Numbered from the stretch's first letter, positions 43,619 through 56,243 are shown. The stretch: DNA of 64,000 nucleotides from Adineta vaga (GCA_021613535.1 CP075493.1:10726001-10790000); one strand, 5' to 3'. Numbers and translations are program-made. The notes: a model not told the origin generated them from the letters alone.

Positions 43619-44129
43619 ATCGAAGATTTTCTTCAGTTTGACTGAATAAAATAACAAAACGAAGTTGAATTGAATGCGTGGGCTACTAAAAATTATTGAT
43701 CACCTGATGAGATGAAAATCAACTAGCAACCAATCAATGACGTGTCTCTAGACTATATACTGAAGATGTCACTCGATGACATATATTTCTGTTTTTGATA
43801 TGATACAGTATAATGACTTCTCGTCTCGAAATAAAACACACCTTCCGTTTTCTGTTCTCTCTCTCTCTTCTCTGTACAATGATGATATAGAAGGACGATT
43901 TCTTTTCTTTAAATAAACAATCTCGCACGCATCCATAACACCAATATTATATCGAAAAGTAAGAATATTCTTTATTAAAAAAGATGATGATAATGAATTA
44001 TTTTTATTCATTAGTGTCTTCATCAATACAAAACGTTTGTTCACAAACTGATTTTTGTGGCAAAAGCATCACACTATTCCCGCTAGTCCCAACAGAATAA
44101 CAACAGCTTCACATGTCAGAACAGTTCAC

Positions 44130-45421
44130 TTTGAATAATTGTCCGCGTGATGGCGTAATCGTGGTGCTGCCGATGATGTTGGGGATCGTTATAATCTCGA
44201 GGCCGTAGTCGAGGAAGCAGATGCTTTAAACAAATAAATATTTATTTGTCAAGAGTTTTTCTTTTTCACCCTTTTTTGTGTTTTGTCCCTTAAAAAAAAA
44301 CGAAAATATGTATATTAATTACCCTTTATTTATCTTTTCATAATGCGTGCAGCTAACGATTTGCTTTTGTTTATAAAAATTTCTGAGTATTATACTCGTT
44401 GCCGTTTCTTTCTCCACTGTTTAGATTTTGTCATAATTTCATGCAGAGTGAAATCTTCCATTAAATCTTATGGTGGATTAGTCTTTTCAAAACGAGACAA
44501 TCATGTAACATTATCATAAATGATGAGAATGTTTATGTGACTAGTAGAATACTTACAACTAGATCTATTCTCGCCATCAGTCACATTGAGTATCACATTT
44601 CAGGTGGTAAAGTTTTCAGTGTTTTGAGTTCGATGGATGCAGATTCCGGTACCTTTTTTTCTCGAAACTCACAACCTTCTCCACTGTTTAGATTTTGTCA
44701 TAATTTCATGGAGAGTGAAATCTTCCAATAAATCTTATGATGGATTAGTCTTCAGGACAGGACATCTATTAAACGTCTCTTTTTTTGAATACCGTTTTAC
44801 CCCGTGAAAAGTCTGCCATATTCCATAGTTGTTGTGTTCTTTTCAAACACGTTGCAGGACATGCATGTTCACGGTTTATGATAGACCATCGATAATCCGT
44901 AAACTTTTTATCGGGTGGATGATCTGCAATATCTTTCTCAAGTTCATTACAATAATGTCCAACGTCGGCAGTTGGAATATCGAACCTTCAAATATATGCT
45001 GCATCTAAGTCACTTCGATCCTTTCATTTCGGTGGATAAATGTGTGATATCAAAATCATGTGAGTTTACAAGCTTAGTTTTGTTAGCAAGCGAAAAAACG
45101 CTTAAGTCAATCCAGGATTTTCCTTGTCTACCTTTTCTAATAGCATGGAAATGTTTGAACTGCCATCTTGGACTGCTCGCGAATGTTCGTTGATTGGCAA
45201 CCACACATGAAACATTAGATGATGAAAGCTTTTACTTTCACGAAAGTTTCGCAAAGAATATGTCGAGTTTGTTTGTAAAGGTGTAGTCTTTGCCATTGCA
45301 CTTTTATATCATGAGTGCCATTGTCGATGATAGTTGCCCAATTTTTAATATCAGGATCAAGTTTATTATCGCAGTCAAATTCATTGTTCGGTGGTTTTTG
45401 TATGTTTGAGTTGGCAGCCAT
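44130..45421 (-). pseudogene. Decayed gene or element of unknown family with internal duplication
   Basis: GC above flanks and protein-like frames broken by stops and frameshifts (MAANSNIQ..., RFDIPTADVGHYCNELEKD...). A ~73-bp direct repeat at ~44411-44483 and ~44677-44752. Confidence 0.35.
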
Positions 45422-46357
45422 TGTTCCAAAAATTAACGAAAAACAGAATAAGTAGCAAACGGATGCTAAATTAAACGAAAAGTGAAAGAGATGCAGCAGA
45501 GTCTAAAGAAAGAAAAAGAACAATTTTCTTTATCTATCAACCGTCGGTCGACGTAGGAAATAATGACCACTAATTATTGTATCTGTACATCATTTTTTTC
45601 AAATAGTGGCTATAAGCTTTGATGAACAAGTCTTGTGTTATCGCATTGTTTTATTGTATTGCTCACACTGAAATGCATAACAAGATAATAATGTACGATA
45701 AAGTGGAATTTGATCTTTAACCGTGTGTTTATTGTGTGCTTTTCACGTTAAGCTTCATAGTTAAGAATATAGAGATGTGTGTTTTTAGCTATAATTTATA
45801 GCTTACAACTGGGGGAACTAGTATTTTTGTAAAACAATATTCTTACTGAGCAATATCATTGTTTTGAATTTTTATAAATACATGTTAAAGGATTAGTTTC
45901 AATTAAATTAAAAACGAAAATAGGTCATTATTTATATTTAGCATACTGATCAAATTTATAGAAAACTTATATTTCTCTCAAACCCAAACAATGCTTAAGT
46001 GTTTCGTAAATACTATATGATATCATAACTGTCGCTATTTATCATAATACATACCAATTTATTCCTAAAAGATTTAGTTTTTCGCGATATCATTGTATTT
46101 CATGTTTAATCCACATATAGATAATCGCAGTGTTTTATCTTATCTCAGAGTCATAAAAAAAACATGCATTTTCAATGAAAGTTTTTTCGCCATTGCTTTT
46201 GATGATATATATGAGAAAAGAAAAATATGTATGCTTTCCATGATATTAAAACTACTGTCACTGATAATGATAAGAATCTTCGCCGAAAAAGCCGATGTGA
46301 AAATTTCTCTATAAAAGAGCATGGTTTTTCAGCCATGAGAACATATATTGATTGCAG

Positions 46358-47586
46358 ATGAAAACAATGATCAACAGAATCGTCTTATTATGTTTTATTT
46401 CTATTTCTGGGTGTGTCGCAGGAGTAATTGATCAAGAACTCTCAATTGATAAGGTAGAAAATTGTCCTGCAGGATTTTTCTGCATTGCAAACGCCCTAAC
46501 ACGAAGTGTTACTCCTCAAGCCTGTCCACCTGGTACGTATAGCGGTGTTGGTGCTTCAGCGTGCACTCCTTGCGGACCTGGTTATTGGACTATTCGTCAT
46601 GGTTCAGCATACTGTGACATATGTCCGATCGCACACTACTGTAAAAATGCCAGTTCTGCACCAGAGCCATGTCCATTGGGAACGGCAAATCCTTCACTAG
46701 GTCAAACAGAATGTTTTGACTGTGAATCCGGTTTTTATACACCAAATCTTCAAAGTGCCTCTTGTACAATTTGTCCTCATGGCCACAGTTGTGATGATGC
46801 AGCTGTTCCACCAAAACCTTGTCCACCAGGTGAGTAGCATTTTCATGATCGTATGTATTGCTATACATTTATTTTACGATCAATAGGAACATTCAGTAGT
46901 GTCGGACAAACATCGTGTCAGGCTTGTGAATTTGGCCATTACAATACTCGTAATGGTTCATCGATATGTACAATATGTTCCCCAGGTCATTACTGCGCTG
47001 ATGCGCGAGTAGCACCTGTTCCCTGCCCGAAAGGAACAGCAGCTGCTGAACATGGTCAGGTAGTATGTACAAAATGCGGCGAGGGAAATTATACAGATAC
47101 GATTGGACAAGCACACTGTCTCGTTTGTTCGGCTGGATACCAATGCGACGATCCAGCTATTTCTCCTGTCAAATGTGAGGCTGGTCAATTTAGTGAAGCT
47201 GGTAAAAGCGTATGTACAAGCTGTGCACTTGGGTACCAAACTGTTCTGACTGGTTCCACTTACTGTAATATCTGTTCACCTGGTAAGTGTAGATGACTAT
47301 ACGTAGTTTTTTCTCTCATGTAAATAAATCTTTCTAAATAGGTCACTACTGTCCCGTTCCAAATGGTAAACCGATCCAATGTGACCCAGGAACTGCCCAG
47401 ATAAACATGGGCCAGGTTACTTGTGACCTTTGTCCACCAGGATCTTATGCTGACAAACCAGGAATGGCAAGATGTACGGTGTGTCCTGCCGGAATGATTT
47501 GTCCCAATACCCGTGCTTTACCACTACCATGTCCATCAAATCGATTGACCGGGGAAACAACATGTATGGAAAATTTAATTGGTTAG
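46358..47586 (+). CDS. Secreted cysteine-rich repeat protein (GCC2/GCC3, ephrin-receptor-like repeats)
   Basis: Signal peptide and tandem CPxGxY/F..C..C repeats in three near-modular exons (introns ~46830-46887 and ~47283-47341). TAG at 47584. No TM segment. Confidence 0.85.
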
Positions 47587-47676
47587 AAACGAGTAGAATT
47601 TTCTCTAGTTTTAAAGAATATCAACTGAAATGTCTATTTTCATTTTAAAATAAATTGATAAATCTGACATTCGCGG

Positions 47677-48359
47677 TAGAGATGGACACGGTCCAGATTT
47701 TTCAAAATCTAAACAGAATCGAAAAAGATATTTCATCAATTTCATTCCAGATAATTATAGCTATGCAATCTCTCTTTGAGTTGATTCATCTTTATTACAA
47801 AAATTATCATCTATTATATTTATTTTTGAACTAAATTTATATAAATCTAAACTATGATAGGTTTTTAGTGGAAGTAAAAAAATATTGGCAAAATCAGATT
47901 TTTTATGTTTCACATCAATAACAATCTCAATGCCTTTTTAAATGAGATCTCAAGTTCTGTTAATAATTTGCACACACAAAGATGAAGAAGATACATTCAA
48001 TCCTTCTTTCTTTTAATTGCATAAACATTCAGATCGCATTACTTCTTTGCTTTTAGATCTATCAAAAACCTTCAAATCAAATTTTTCTTTTCTAAACAAT
48101 CTTTTGTTTGAAAATAATGGAAACTAGTAGAATACAATAGAAAACGGGGGATCTTTTATTATGCGATGAGTCTAAACAAGGTGTATCAGTGATTTATTTA
48201 TTTAACATTCTTCTGATAAGAAATAGAAATATATATATATATATTTGGATTGCTATTTAGAAAATCTATAGGACGCTCACTTTCTTATGTATATGACTTT
48301 ACCGCATTTTTAATTGAATGAATTTAGCGAAAAATCGAACCGAATCGTGACCATCTCTA
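47677..48359. mobile_element. Non-autonomous hAT-like element (683 bp)
   Basis: Termini TAGAGATGGACACG and the reverse complement TAGAGATGGTCACG. Subterminal AATCGAA/CCGAA motifs. No ORF. 8-bp TSD not preserved. Confidence 0.55.
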
Positions 48360-48421
48360 GTTCAAAATAATTTGTAATATGAAAATTTTTTATTACTTAG
48401 AAAAAAAGAAAGAAACATTTT

Positions 48422-50489
48422 TTATTGATGAGTTTGAATATTTTCTAACTGTTGTTTCATTTGATCTATTTGATTTCGATGATTTCGAACAAAATTTTGC
48501 ATATTTTCCATTGATGTGTTCCCTAACTGATCTTGATTCTGATTAAATGAAATAAATTCTTGAATTTGTTCAATTTGTTTTCTTAAACAATCAATTTGCA
48601 CTTGATAACTTTCTAATTGTTGTTGCATTCGTATTTCTTCATCTGATAACACTGGTATACTTTGTTCAATAGTAGACAAAAGATCACTAACACGTGAGGA
48701 TAAACGTTTTCGCCGTAAACATTCCTAGATTTATTTCAAAGCATAAAAACGAAATAAAACATCTGTCTATTTTACCTGTTGATATTGTTTCGATAATGTT
48801 TGAAACTGATTTTGAATTTGTTGAAATCTATCATTTAATTGTTTATTTTCATTTAAATGTGTCTGATAAAACTCAGCTAAATAACGTTGTTTATTATCTA
48901 TTTCTTGACGAACTTTTTCTTGTTTTTGAATGTATTGTTCGGTAAAAATTTTAATATATTGAAGAACATTTTTTTCTAAATCAAAATCGGAAATATTTAT
49001 TGTTGATGATCGCAGTGTTACGAATGGAATTGTTTGATCACGAGCAAGTATTGAACGAAGACGAAGCAAAAATTCTGAAGACTTTGCTTCTGATACAATA
49101 ATTTCACTATTACTTATCGAATTTGATAATTGTGAACGAATAAGAATTAATTCCTAAAATGAAACTAATCATCGAATACAAGATATTAACTAACTATTGA
49201 AATTAACCTTCTCTTCAGTGGTTTGTGTCTTAACGATTACAGCTAAACAGTATCCATCGTTGTCAATCTGAATTGAACTAAGTTGTTCTATTTCATTCAT
49301 AATTTTATTATTTGAATTTTCTCCTTTAATTAAATGTTGAATTTTTGTTGATTGAAGTTGTTGTGATCCTTGTTGAATTTGATCAATCCATGAAATTTCT
49401 ATAACGTAAATATTTGCATTTGAATCTGTAATATAATATTTATTTGAAATAAATCGATCAGGAACAATTGATGTTATAATTTGTCCAGGTTGATTATTTG
49501 GAAAAGAGAGACAATCAATCGTAAATAAATGATGTTGATTTCTTGATGGAGATAAAATAATACATTGATGAAGTTGAATTCTATTTGGTGTAAATATTAC
49601 AAGAGGACAAGCTGACTTGGCTAAACAAACTAATGTTGATTGATTCTGACTTACACCATAATTATCAAATGTTGATGGAAGAATGGGAATAGGACCCCGA
49701 AATTCTCCGTCAATAAAATGATTATTTAAAAGTTGATTTTCATCAATTTCCATGAGAAATATATCACCGTCAGTTTTCATTGCAAATAAAAGAATTATTG
49801 CCGAATCTTTTGTTTGTCTTTTAGTCATATCTAATTTGATTATATCTGATGGTTGATGAAGCGATATTTTTTTACTTGGTGTATTAAATTGTGTATTTGA
49901 AGGTATTCCACCAACCGAAAACGTATGAAGATATTCAACACCATCTGATCTTGATGAACGAATAGAATAAAGATGACAATTAGAAGATGATGGAGCCGAA
50001 TAAACGATAATAAAATGATTTGATGTTAACCAAACAAAATCAATTAATGAGCAATTGATTGGTGTCGATGATGATAAAGGCGGAGGAACACGGAATATTG
50101 GACATAGGTGAGAACCTTAAAGTATAATGGAAATAGTATGAAACAATGAGTTTTTTTCTTAAAGAGAAAAAGTAACCTTTAGAAGGTGAATAATGATGTT
50201 TATCACTATTTGATTGTGGTAAATAAACCAAATAAACAGTTTTATCAGCTAACAATGCTAGACTTGTTTCATCTTCGTTGAGAATTAATTTTCGAATTGG
50301 CCATTTTGGCGATGATGAAAAATGAAGACAATCATGTGCAATATCGGTTGTATTAACAAATTGTATTGATGATTGAACAAATAGACAATGATTTGATGAA
50401 TCATAACCATAAAGAGACGATTTTCCAAAAGTAAATACATTGACATTTGGCCATCGAAATGGAATACGAATTGTATTTCCGTGTGACAT
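48422..50489 (-). CDS. NUP88: Nucleoporin Nup88
   Basis: IRKLILNEDETSLALLADKTVYLVYLP, LFAMKTDGDIFL and GPIPILPSTFDNYG resemble Nup88 propeller motifs. C-terminal coiled coil. Three introns. Confidence 0.72.
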
Positions 50490-50889
50490 TTTCTTTGCTA
50501 GTGAATTTCTATTTTTCAGAAAAAGAATAATAATTGAAATAATTCTTGATGGAGAGAAGAGAAAACCAACGAAAGTGAATGCTGATGAATAAGATTAATC
50601 TTATAAATAGATGTCGTACGTAACAATACTTTACCAGTAAAATTCGTTTCATACAAATATTTATTAAAGTGTAAAAAGAATAAGAAAAATATTGATGCTT
50701 TAATTATTCAAATTAAATATTCACATATTACGTTTCTATGAGGAGAAAAACGTGCAATTATTTTCTTTTTCAAAGTTATTCATGTAGATATGTGTTGAAT
50801 GTTATCATTGCTGTATTTGTAATTCTAACACTTCATTCTCTCGATGTATATACGATCCAATAAAACGAAAGCTTCCAATTAAAATTGAC

Positions 50890-51230
50890 ATTGTTCAAAC
50901 ATCAGTGGCAACATTTAAACGAGATGTTTATATTAATTATCATAAAAGTGTACAGATTGATCAGTATCGTGTTTCACCAACGTTACAATGAATATTAGAA
51001 AAACGTTATTCAAAATCCGATTATTGTGAAACAAAAGATATTGGTATTCGTGATGTTCGTTGTGATTCTCAACATATTTGTTAATCTGTGATGCAACAAA
51101 GTGATTTAAAATGGAGATTAGATATTATGTCACGCCATAAATGAGACAAGTTAGACGTGGAACTATTATGGATACTGGAGAAAATCAACATAAATTCTTT
51201 TCAATGCTTATTATACAACTTCATGATCAA
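50890..51230 (+). pseudogene. Fragment of a decayed beta-strand-rich protein gene
   Basis: Frame YINYHKSVQIDQYRVSPTLQ*ILEKRYSKSDYCETKDIGIRDVRCDSQHIC*SVMQQSDLKWRLDIMS continues after a frameshift as RRGTIMDTGENQHKFFSML. The stops fall where W/L codons would fit. Confidence 0.5.
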
Positions 51231-51496
51231 CGATGGTTATTTATCAATTGATATACAAATAAACTTTTGTAAGTCGATCGAGAAAAGGCAAAGTACAATT
51301 AATGAAACAATCTAGAATCAAAAATATTCAAAATACTTATATTTCTCCTAATGGTTGTTATTTAGCTCACCTCTTCGTCTGTGTAAAACTTCTTTTTCTA
51401 ACAAAAATAATCAAAATAACCTACCGATTTCCTTTATAACCAATTTGTTCACTACAATTATACAAACTACAATAAAATCCAGTTACTAGAGCTCAA

Positions 51497-51597
51497 TATT
51501 TAGATCAACAAACGTCTTTGCCATCATCCATTGATAAGCAACAACAAGATAATACAACGCATTTCGTCGATTCAACCGAACAACAAGGAGATTATCA
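51497..51597 (+). repeat. Dispersed ~100-bp copy of a caprin intron/exon junction (source ~17888-17988)
   Basis: ATATTTAGATCAACAAACGTCTTT...GAACAACAAGGAGAT is nearly identical at both sites, with about 7 substitutions. Confidence 0.9.
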
Positions 51598-51725
51598 TTT
51601 CTATTGTCCTACTGATCGAAATAAAATCTATTATTTTCAAAACTTTTCTTCTTTATTTTGTATGTTTATGCTTCACTTGTTTTCTGAATATAACGAAAGT
51701 GATAATGACCAAAAAAAGTTACTTT

Positions 51726-53270
51726 TTACTTCCTATACAAGAATCTATTCCATAGTCGTACCAAAACAAACAGACAAAACATAACAGTGAGAACGAGAAA
51801 ATAGATCGCTTGCAAATGATTGTGCACAAATGATTGAAAACTAAGTGACGTTCGTTTTATCGTATACTCTTTCCTTAAAGTCGCCCATTTCGGACAAGAC
51901 TCATTCAATGAACCTAGTTTCTTCGTTTTTGGTTGTAGTTTGATTTGTTTCATTTCGCGTTGTACCTCATTTGTCAACATCATCGTCAAGTTTGTTGCAA
52001 CTTCTCGAAACCATTTGATAACATTAGGATATTTAGAAAATTTCATGACATGCTCTTTGTTTTGTATAAGTTGTCTTTCTAAGATCACATGAGATAAGCT
52101 CTTGTTAATGATTGTTGTCCATTTAGCTAAAATGTAAATATATCGAGTTATCATTCCAACCATCAAATACCTACGTTCAGGTAGTTTATAGGTATTATCA
52201 GCAAGATTTTCCATAATCATACTTGCTGATTTGAAATCTTCTTGTGTTTGACATTGTTGAGCAAGACAAAGAAAATGTTGACGTAAAGAACGTCGTTCTT
52301 CTGACGATAGATAGATCTTGTTTTGATTGAAAGTGACAACTAACTTTTGTAGGCGACTTTCGATGGTTGTCGAATTGTCATGATTATTACAGACTGGTTT
52401 CAACTTAAACCATTGACGACTATTCTTTTTGAGATTTGAATTCATATTTCGTACTAACCGACGCCGCCAGTTTGTATGTGCAGTGAGATTTTTCACAGGA
52501 TGCCACCAATTATTTGCTTTCTTTTTTATATCTTCAAATGAATACCTCTGTTTCCAGCTCAATGTATCAAATTCTATAGGTGTTACCACTGTCATGTTTA
52601 AATGCATACTTAATGTTTGTAATAAGTATTCGTGAAATGTAGAAATGCCACGCCATCCAATAAAATCACGAATAGCGTCTAATAAACGTCGACTAAGGCC
52701 AACCCCATTGGTCATAGAGTTGAACCATGGGGGAGGAATCTTTTCATGTGCCATATACCAATGATCCCACGACTTCAATTCCCCCAACATGTTTGATTTC
52801 ATTCTTTTCACAACTAGATCACTTGTATGCCAATACAACTGATGAATCACACGAAATGCATCTACACTCGGAATAAATACATCATCTTCGATTAACCAAA
52901 CGAATGAATAGTTTGTATTTAGTTTACAAAAATACAACAGACTTTTGTCCCATGATGATATATTTATTGGTCGACTATTTATATACATTGTTTGTTGATA
53001 GCCGTCAGTAATACATTGTTGATTAGGAATCTGAAGAATGGTTACAATCGATGATTGGGAAGATTGAATTGTGTATGAGTTATCATCCACCATAACAAAA
53101 ACATCAATATCATAATGCAACCCATCAAGAGCTAATTCTTCAGCAAACAGGAGAGTTTCGGATGCAGGTCGAACAGTAAGAAAACAAACAGCAACAGTAG
53201 CTGTGTCGATTTTGTTTATTTGAAGCGATACTATTATATGAAACAAAATCCAAATGATTTCTAAGAACAT
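51726..53270 (-). CDS. DxD-type glycosyltransferase-like membrane protein, copy 1
   Basis: Intronless. First ATG gives MFLEIIWIL (signal/anchor). AVCFLTVRP, SSWDKSLLYFC, YSFVWLIEDDVFIP, NWWHPVK and a C-terminal TM. Family call is inferred from the hhhhEDD and HPxK motifs. Confidence 0.65.
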   Translation of the reverse strand: MFLEIIWILFHIIVSLQINKIDTATVAVCFLTVRPASETLLFAEELALDGLHYDIDVFVMVDDNSYTIQSSQSSIVTILQIPNQQCITDGYQQTMYINSRPINISSWDKSLLYFCKLNTNYSFVWLIEDDVFIPSVDAFRVIHQLYWHTSDLVVKRMKSNMLGELKSWDHWYMAHEKIPPPWFNSMTNGVGLSRRLLDAIRDFIGWRGISTFHEYLLQTLSMHLNMTVVTPIEFDTLSWKQRYSFEDIKKKANNWWHPVKNLTAHTNWRRRLVRNMNSNLKKNSRQWFKLKPVCNNHDNSTTIESRLQKLVVTFNQNKIYLSSEERRSLRQHFLCLAQQCQTQEDFKSASMIMENLADNTYKLPERRYLMVGMITRYIYILAKWTTIINKSLSHVILERQLIQNKEHVMKFSKYPNVIKWFREVATNLTMMLTNEVQREMKQIKLQPKTKKLGSLNESCPKWATLRKEYTIKRTSLSFQSFVHNHLQAIYFLVLTVMFCLFVLVRLWNRFLYRK

Positions 53271-53570
53271 GGGTGCATCATTAGATATGGATTTGATTCG
53301 GTTGAGAGTATTAATCTTTCTGCACGTAGCAGACGAAGAACGAATAAACGTAAAACAGTTCTCTTCTTTTACAAAGCGCACATTGTATGAAAGTTGTTCA
53401 CAAATTCAATAATAAATAGAAACAATAAAACTTTTTTTCTTTTTCCTTTTCTTTTTCTCTCTGTTCGTGATGCTGCGGGGAGCTTACAGAAGCAGTTTGA
53501 AAGGGTATAGAAACATACAAGAATACAATAAAACTTAATTATACATGAATAAACACAAATGCTTGAAGTT

Positions 53571-55109
53571 TTATTCATGTAACCGACAGAGCCGTAGGAA
53601 AACAAACAGACAAAACATAACAGTGAGAACGAGAAAATAGATCGCTTGCAAATGATTATACACAAACGATTGAAAACTAAGTGACGTTTGTTTTCTTGAA
53701 TACTCATCTTTCCTTAAAGTCGCCCATTTCGGACAAGACTCATTCAATGAACCTAGTTTCTTCGTTTTTGGTTGTAGTTTGATTTGTTTCATTTCGCGTT
53801 GTATCTCATTTGTCAACATCATCGTCAAGTTTGTTGCAACTTCTCGAAACCATTTTATTACATCGATATATTCGAAAAATTGAAATATATATTGTTTATT
53901 CTGCAAAAGTTCTTTTTCGATGATCAAATGAGATAAACTCTTGTTATTGATTGTTGTCCATTTAGCTAAAATGTAAATATATCGAGTTATCATTCCAACC
54001 ATCAAATACTTACGTTCAGGTAGTTTATAGGTATTATCAGCAAGATTTTCCATAATCATACTTGCTGATTTGAAATCTTCTTGTGTTTGACATTGTTGAG
54101 CAAGACAAAGAAAATGTTGACGTAAAGAACGTCGTTCTTCTGACGATAGATAGATCTTGTTTTGATTGAAAGTGACAACTAACTTGTGTAAGCGACTTTC
54201 GATGATTGTCGAATTGTCGTGATTATTACAGACTGGTTTCAACTGAAACCATTGACGACTATTCTTTTTGAGATTTGAATCCATGTTTCGTACTAATCGA
54301 CGACGCCAGGCTGTATGTGCAGTGAGATTTTTCACAGGATGCCACCAATTATTTGCTTTCTTTTTTATATCTTCCCAAGAATGAATGTATCCCCATACTA
54401 ATGTATCGAGTTCTATAGGTGAGACAACTGTCATATTTTGATTAAAACTTAGAGTTTGTAACAAATACTCATGATAAGTACCATCACCTCGCCAACGAAT
54501 ATAATCATTGACAGTCTCTAATAAACGTCGACTAAGGCCAACTGCATTAACCATTGATTTGAACCATGGTGGAACTAACTTTCCATATGCCAAATGCCAA
54601 TGTGCCCAACTCTCTCTCTCACCCGATAGGTTTGGATCAACATGTTTGACTACTAGATCACTTGTATGCCAATACAACTGATGAATCACACGAAATGCAT
54701 CTACACTCGGAATAAATACATCATCTTCGATTAACCAAACGAACGAATAGTTTGTATTTAGTTTACAAAAATAAAACAGACTTTTGTCCCATGATGATAC
54801 ATTTATTGGTCGACTATCTACATACATTAGTTGATGATATCCATTAGTAATACATTGTTGATTAGGAATTTGAAGAATGGTTACTATTGATGATTGGGAA
54901 GATTGAATTGTGTATGAGTTATCATCCACCATAACAAAAACATCAATATCATAATGCAATCCATCGAGAGCTAATTCTTCAGCAAACAGGAGAGTTTGGG
55001 ATGCAGGTCGAACAGTAAGAAAACAGACAGCTATACTAGCTGTGTCGATTGTGTTTATTTGAAGCCACGCTATTATATGAAAGACGATCCAAATGATTTC
55101 TAAGAACAT
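53571..55109 (-). CDS. DxD-type glycosyltransferase-like membrane protein, copy 2
   Basis: Tandem paralog of copy 1 (unit ~1.84 kb) with an intact ORF and the same motifs. Confidence 0.65.
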   Translation of the reverse strand: MFLEIIWIVFHIIAWLQINTIDTASIAVCFLTVRPASQTLLFAEELALDGLHYDIDVFVMVDDNSYTIQSSQSSIVTILQIPNQQCITNGYHQLMYVDSRPINVSSWDKSLFYFCKLNTNYSFVWLIEDDVFIPSVDAFRVIHQLYWHTSDLVVKHVDPNLSGERESWAHWHLAYGKLVPPWFKSMVNAVGLSRRLLETVNDYIRWRGDGTYHEYLLQTLSFNQNMTVVSPIELDTLVWGYIHSWEDIKKKANNWWHPVKNLTAHTAWRRRLVRNMDSNLKKNSRQWFQLKPVCNNHDNSTIIESRLHKLVVTFNQNKIYLSSEERRSLRQHFLCLAQQCQTQEDFKSASMIMENLADNTYKLPERKYLMVGMITRYIYILAKWTTINNKSLSHLIIEKELLQNKQYIFQFFEYIDVIKWFREVATNLTMMLTNEIQREMKQIKLQPKTKKLGSLNESCPKWATLRKDEYSRKQTSLSFQSFVYNHLQAIYFLVLTVMFCLFVFLRLCRLHE

Positions 55110-55397
55110 GGGTGCATCATCAGATATGGATTTGATTCGGTTGAGAGTATTAATCTTTCTGCACGTAGCAGACGAAGAACGAATAAACCTAAAACAGTTC
55201 TCTTCTTTTACAAAGTGCACATTGTATGAAAGTTGTTCACAAATTCAATAATAAATCGAAACAATAAAACTTTTTTCTTTTCTTTTTCTCTCCGTTCGTG
55301 ATGCTGCGGGAAGCTTGTAGAAGCATTTTGAAAGAGTATAGAAACATACAAGAATACAATAAAACTTGATTATACATGAATAAACACAAATGTTTGA

Positions 55398-56243
55398 TTT
55401 TTTTTTGACATACAAATTTTGTTGTTCGTTTAATTAAGGTTAACAATCTCTACAAGTTTTTAACAATTAAACGCATCAGGATATAGAAGATTAGAGTAGA
55501 AGAAAGAAAAGAAAAATATAAAGAGTTGCGCAGGTGAACAGTACAAAATTCAAGTTGATCCTAAGTCGTCGTTCCTTTACATAGTTATTCTAAATTATAA
55601 TAAATTCCTCTTACATTAAGGCAGGTCTGGTTGCATGAAATATTTAACTACATAGTACTCAATCATCCATGTAGCTTTTCTAAAGAAGCCATATTGATTT
55701 TTATGAACATCAGAAAAGGTTAGGAAATCCAAATAGGTATTCTTCGCTCTTTCAGTCAGTCTATCCGGGAAAAATCGATCTTCAACTAGATTGCAAGTTT
55801 CATAATAACTCTTTGTCGGAGATGTTGCTATTAGGTATGCTATCCATATCTTTCTAAAAGATGCTGCTTCTGCTGAAGTGTAAAGGTGCTTTGAAAACTT
55901 TATCCAGTATTTGTACAGTTAATTTCTTAGAGAGAATTCTCGAGTTAACACAAGTGTTACATAATCATCGTATCCCCATAAGGAGTATACTATCATTAAT
56001 CATGACATATAGACATGTTCGATATTTGCTCGTTGCATCTCTGTTAGAAAAAACCACGTACAAAACAACCACGAAAAGTGAGATAAAGAGAATGCGCAGA
56101 AGAGTTTTTTGCGTATTTTATTCCATGACGAGGTATAGCTCTAAATATTTTTCTTAGTGCACTATATGAATTTCTTACTTTCCTTAATCTGTTCAAATAT
56201 TTGTGCCCATACCTAGTTTTGTACCAATTTCTACCCCTAGATA
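55398..56243 (-). mobile_element. 5'-truncated non-LTR retrotransposon (LINE), degenerate
   Basis: Begins at the RT motif YLGVEIGTKLG. Then the thumb-like RKKLFCAFSLSHFSWLFCTW..IEHVY with stops/frameshifts, a 3' UTR and an A9 tail (T9 at 55398-55406). TSD ACAAATGTTTGA (55386-55397) / ACAAATTCTTGA (56244-56255). The empty site ACAAATGCTTGA is at 53555-53566. Confidence 0.85.

Noticed and set aside
53271-53381. ORF-track N-terminal extensions (also at 55220, 60275, 62676)
   Set aside because: They start at GTG/TTG. The eukaryotic ATG lies downstream and gives a sensible N-terminus.
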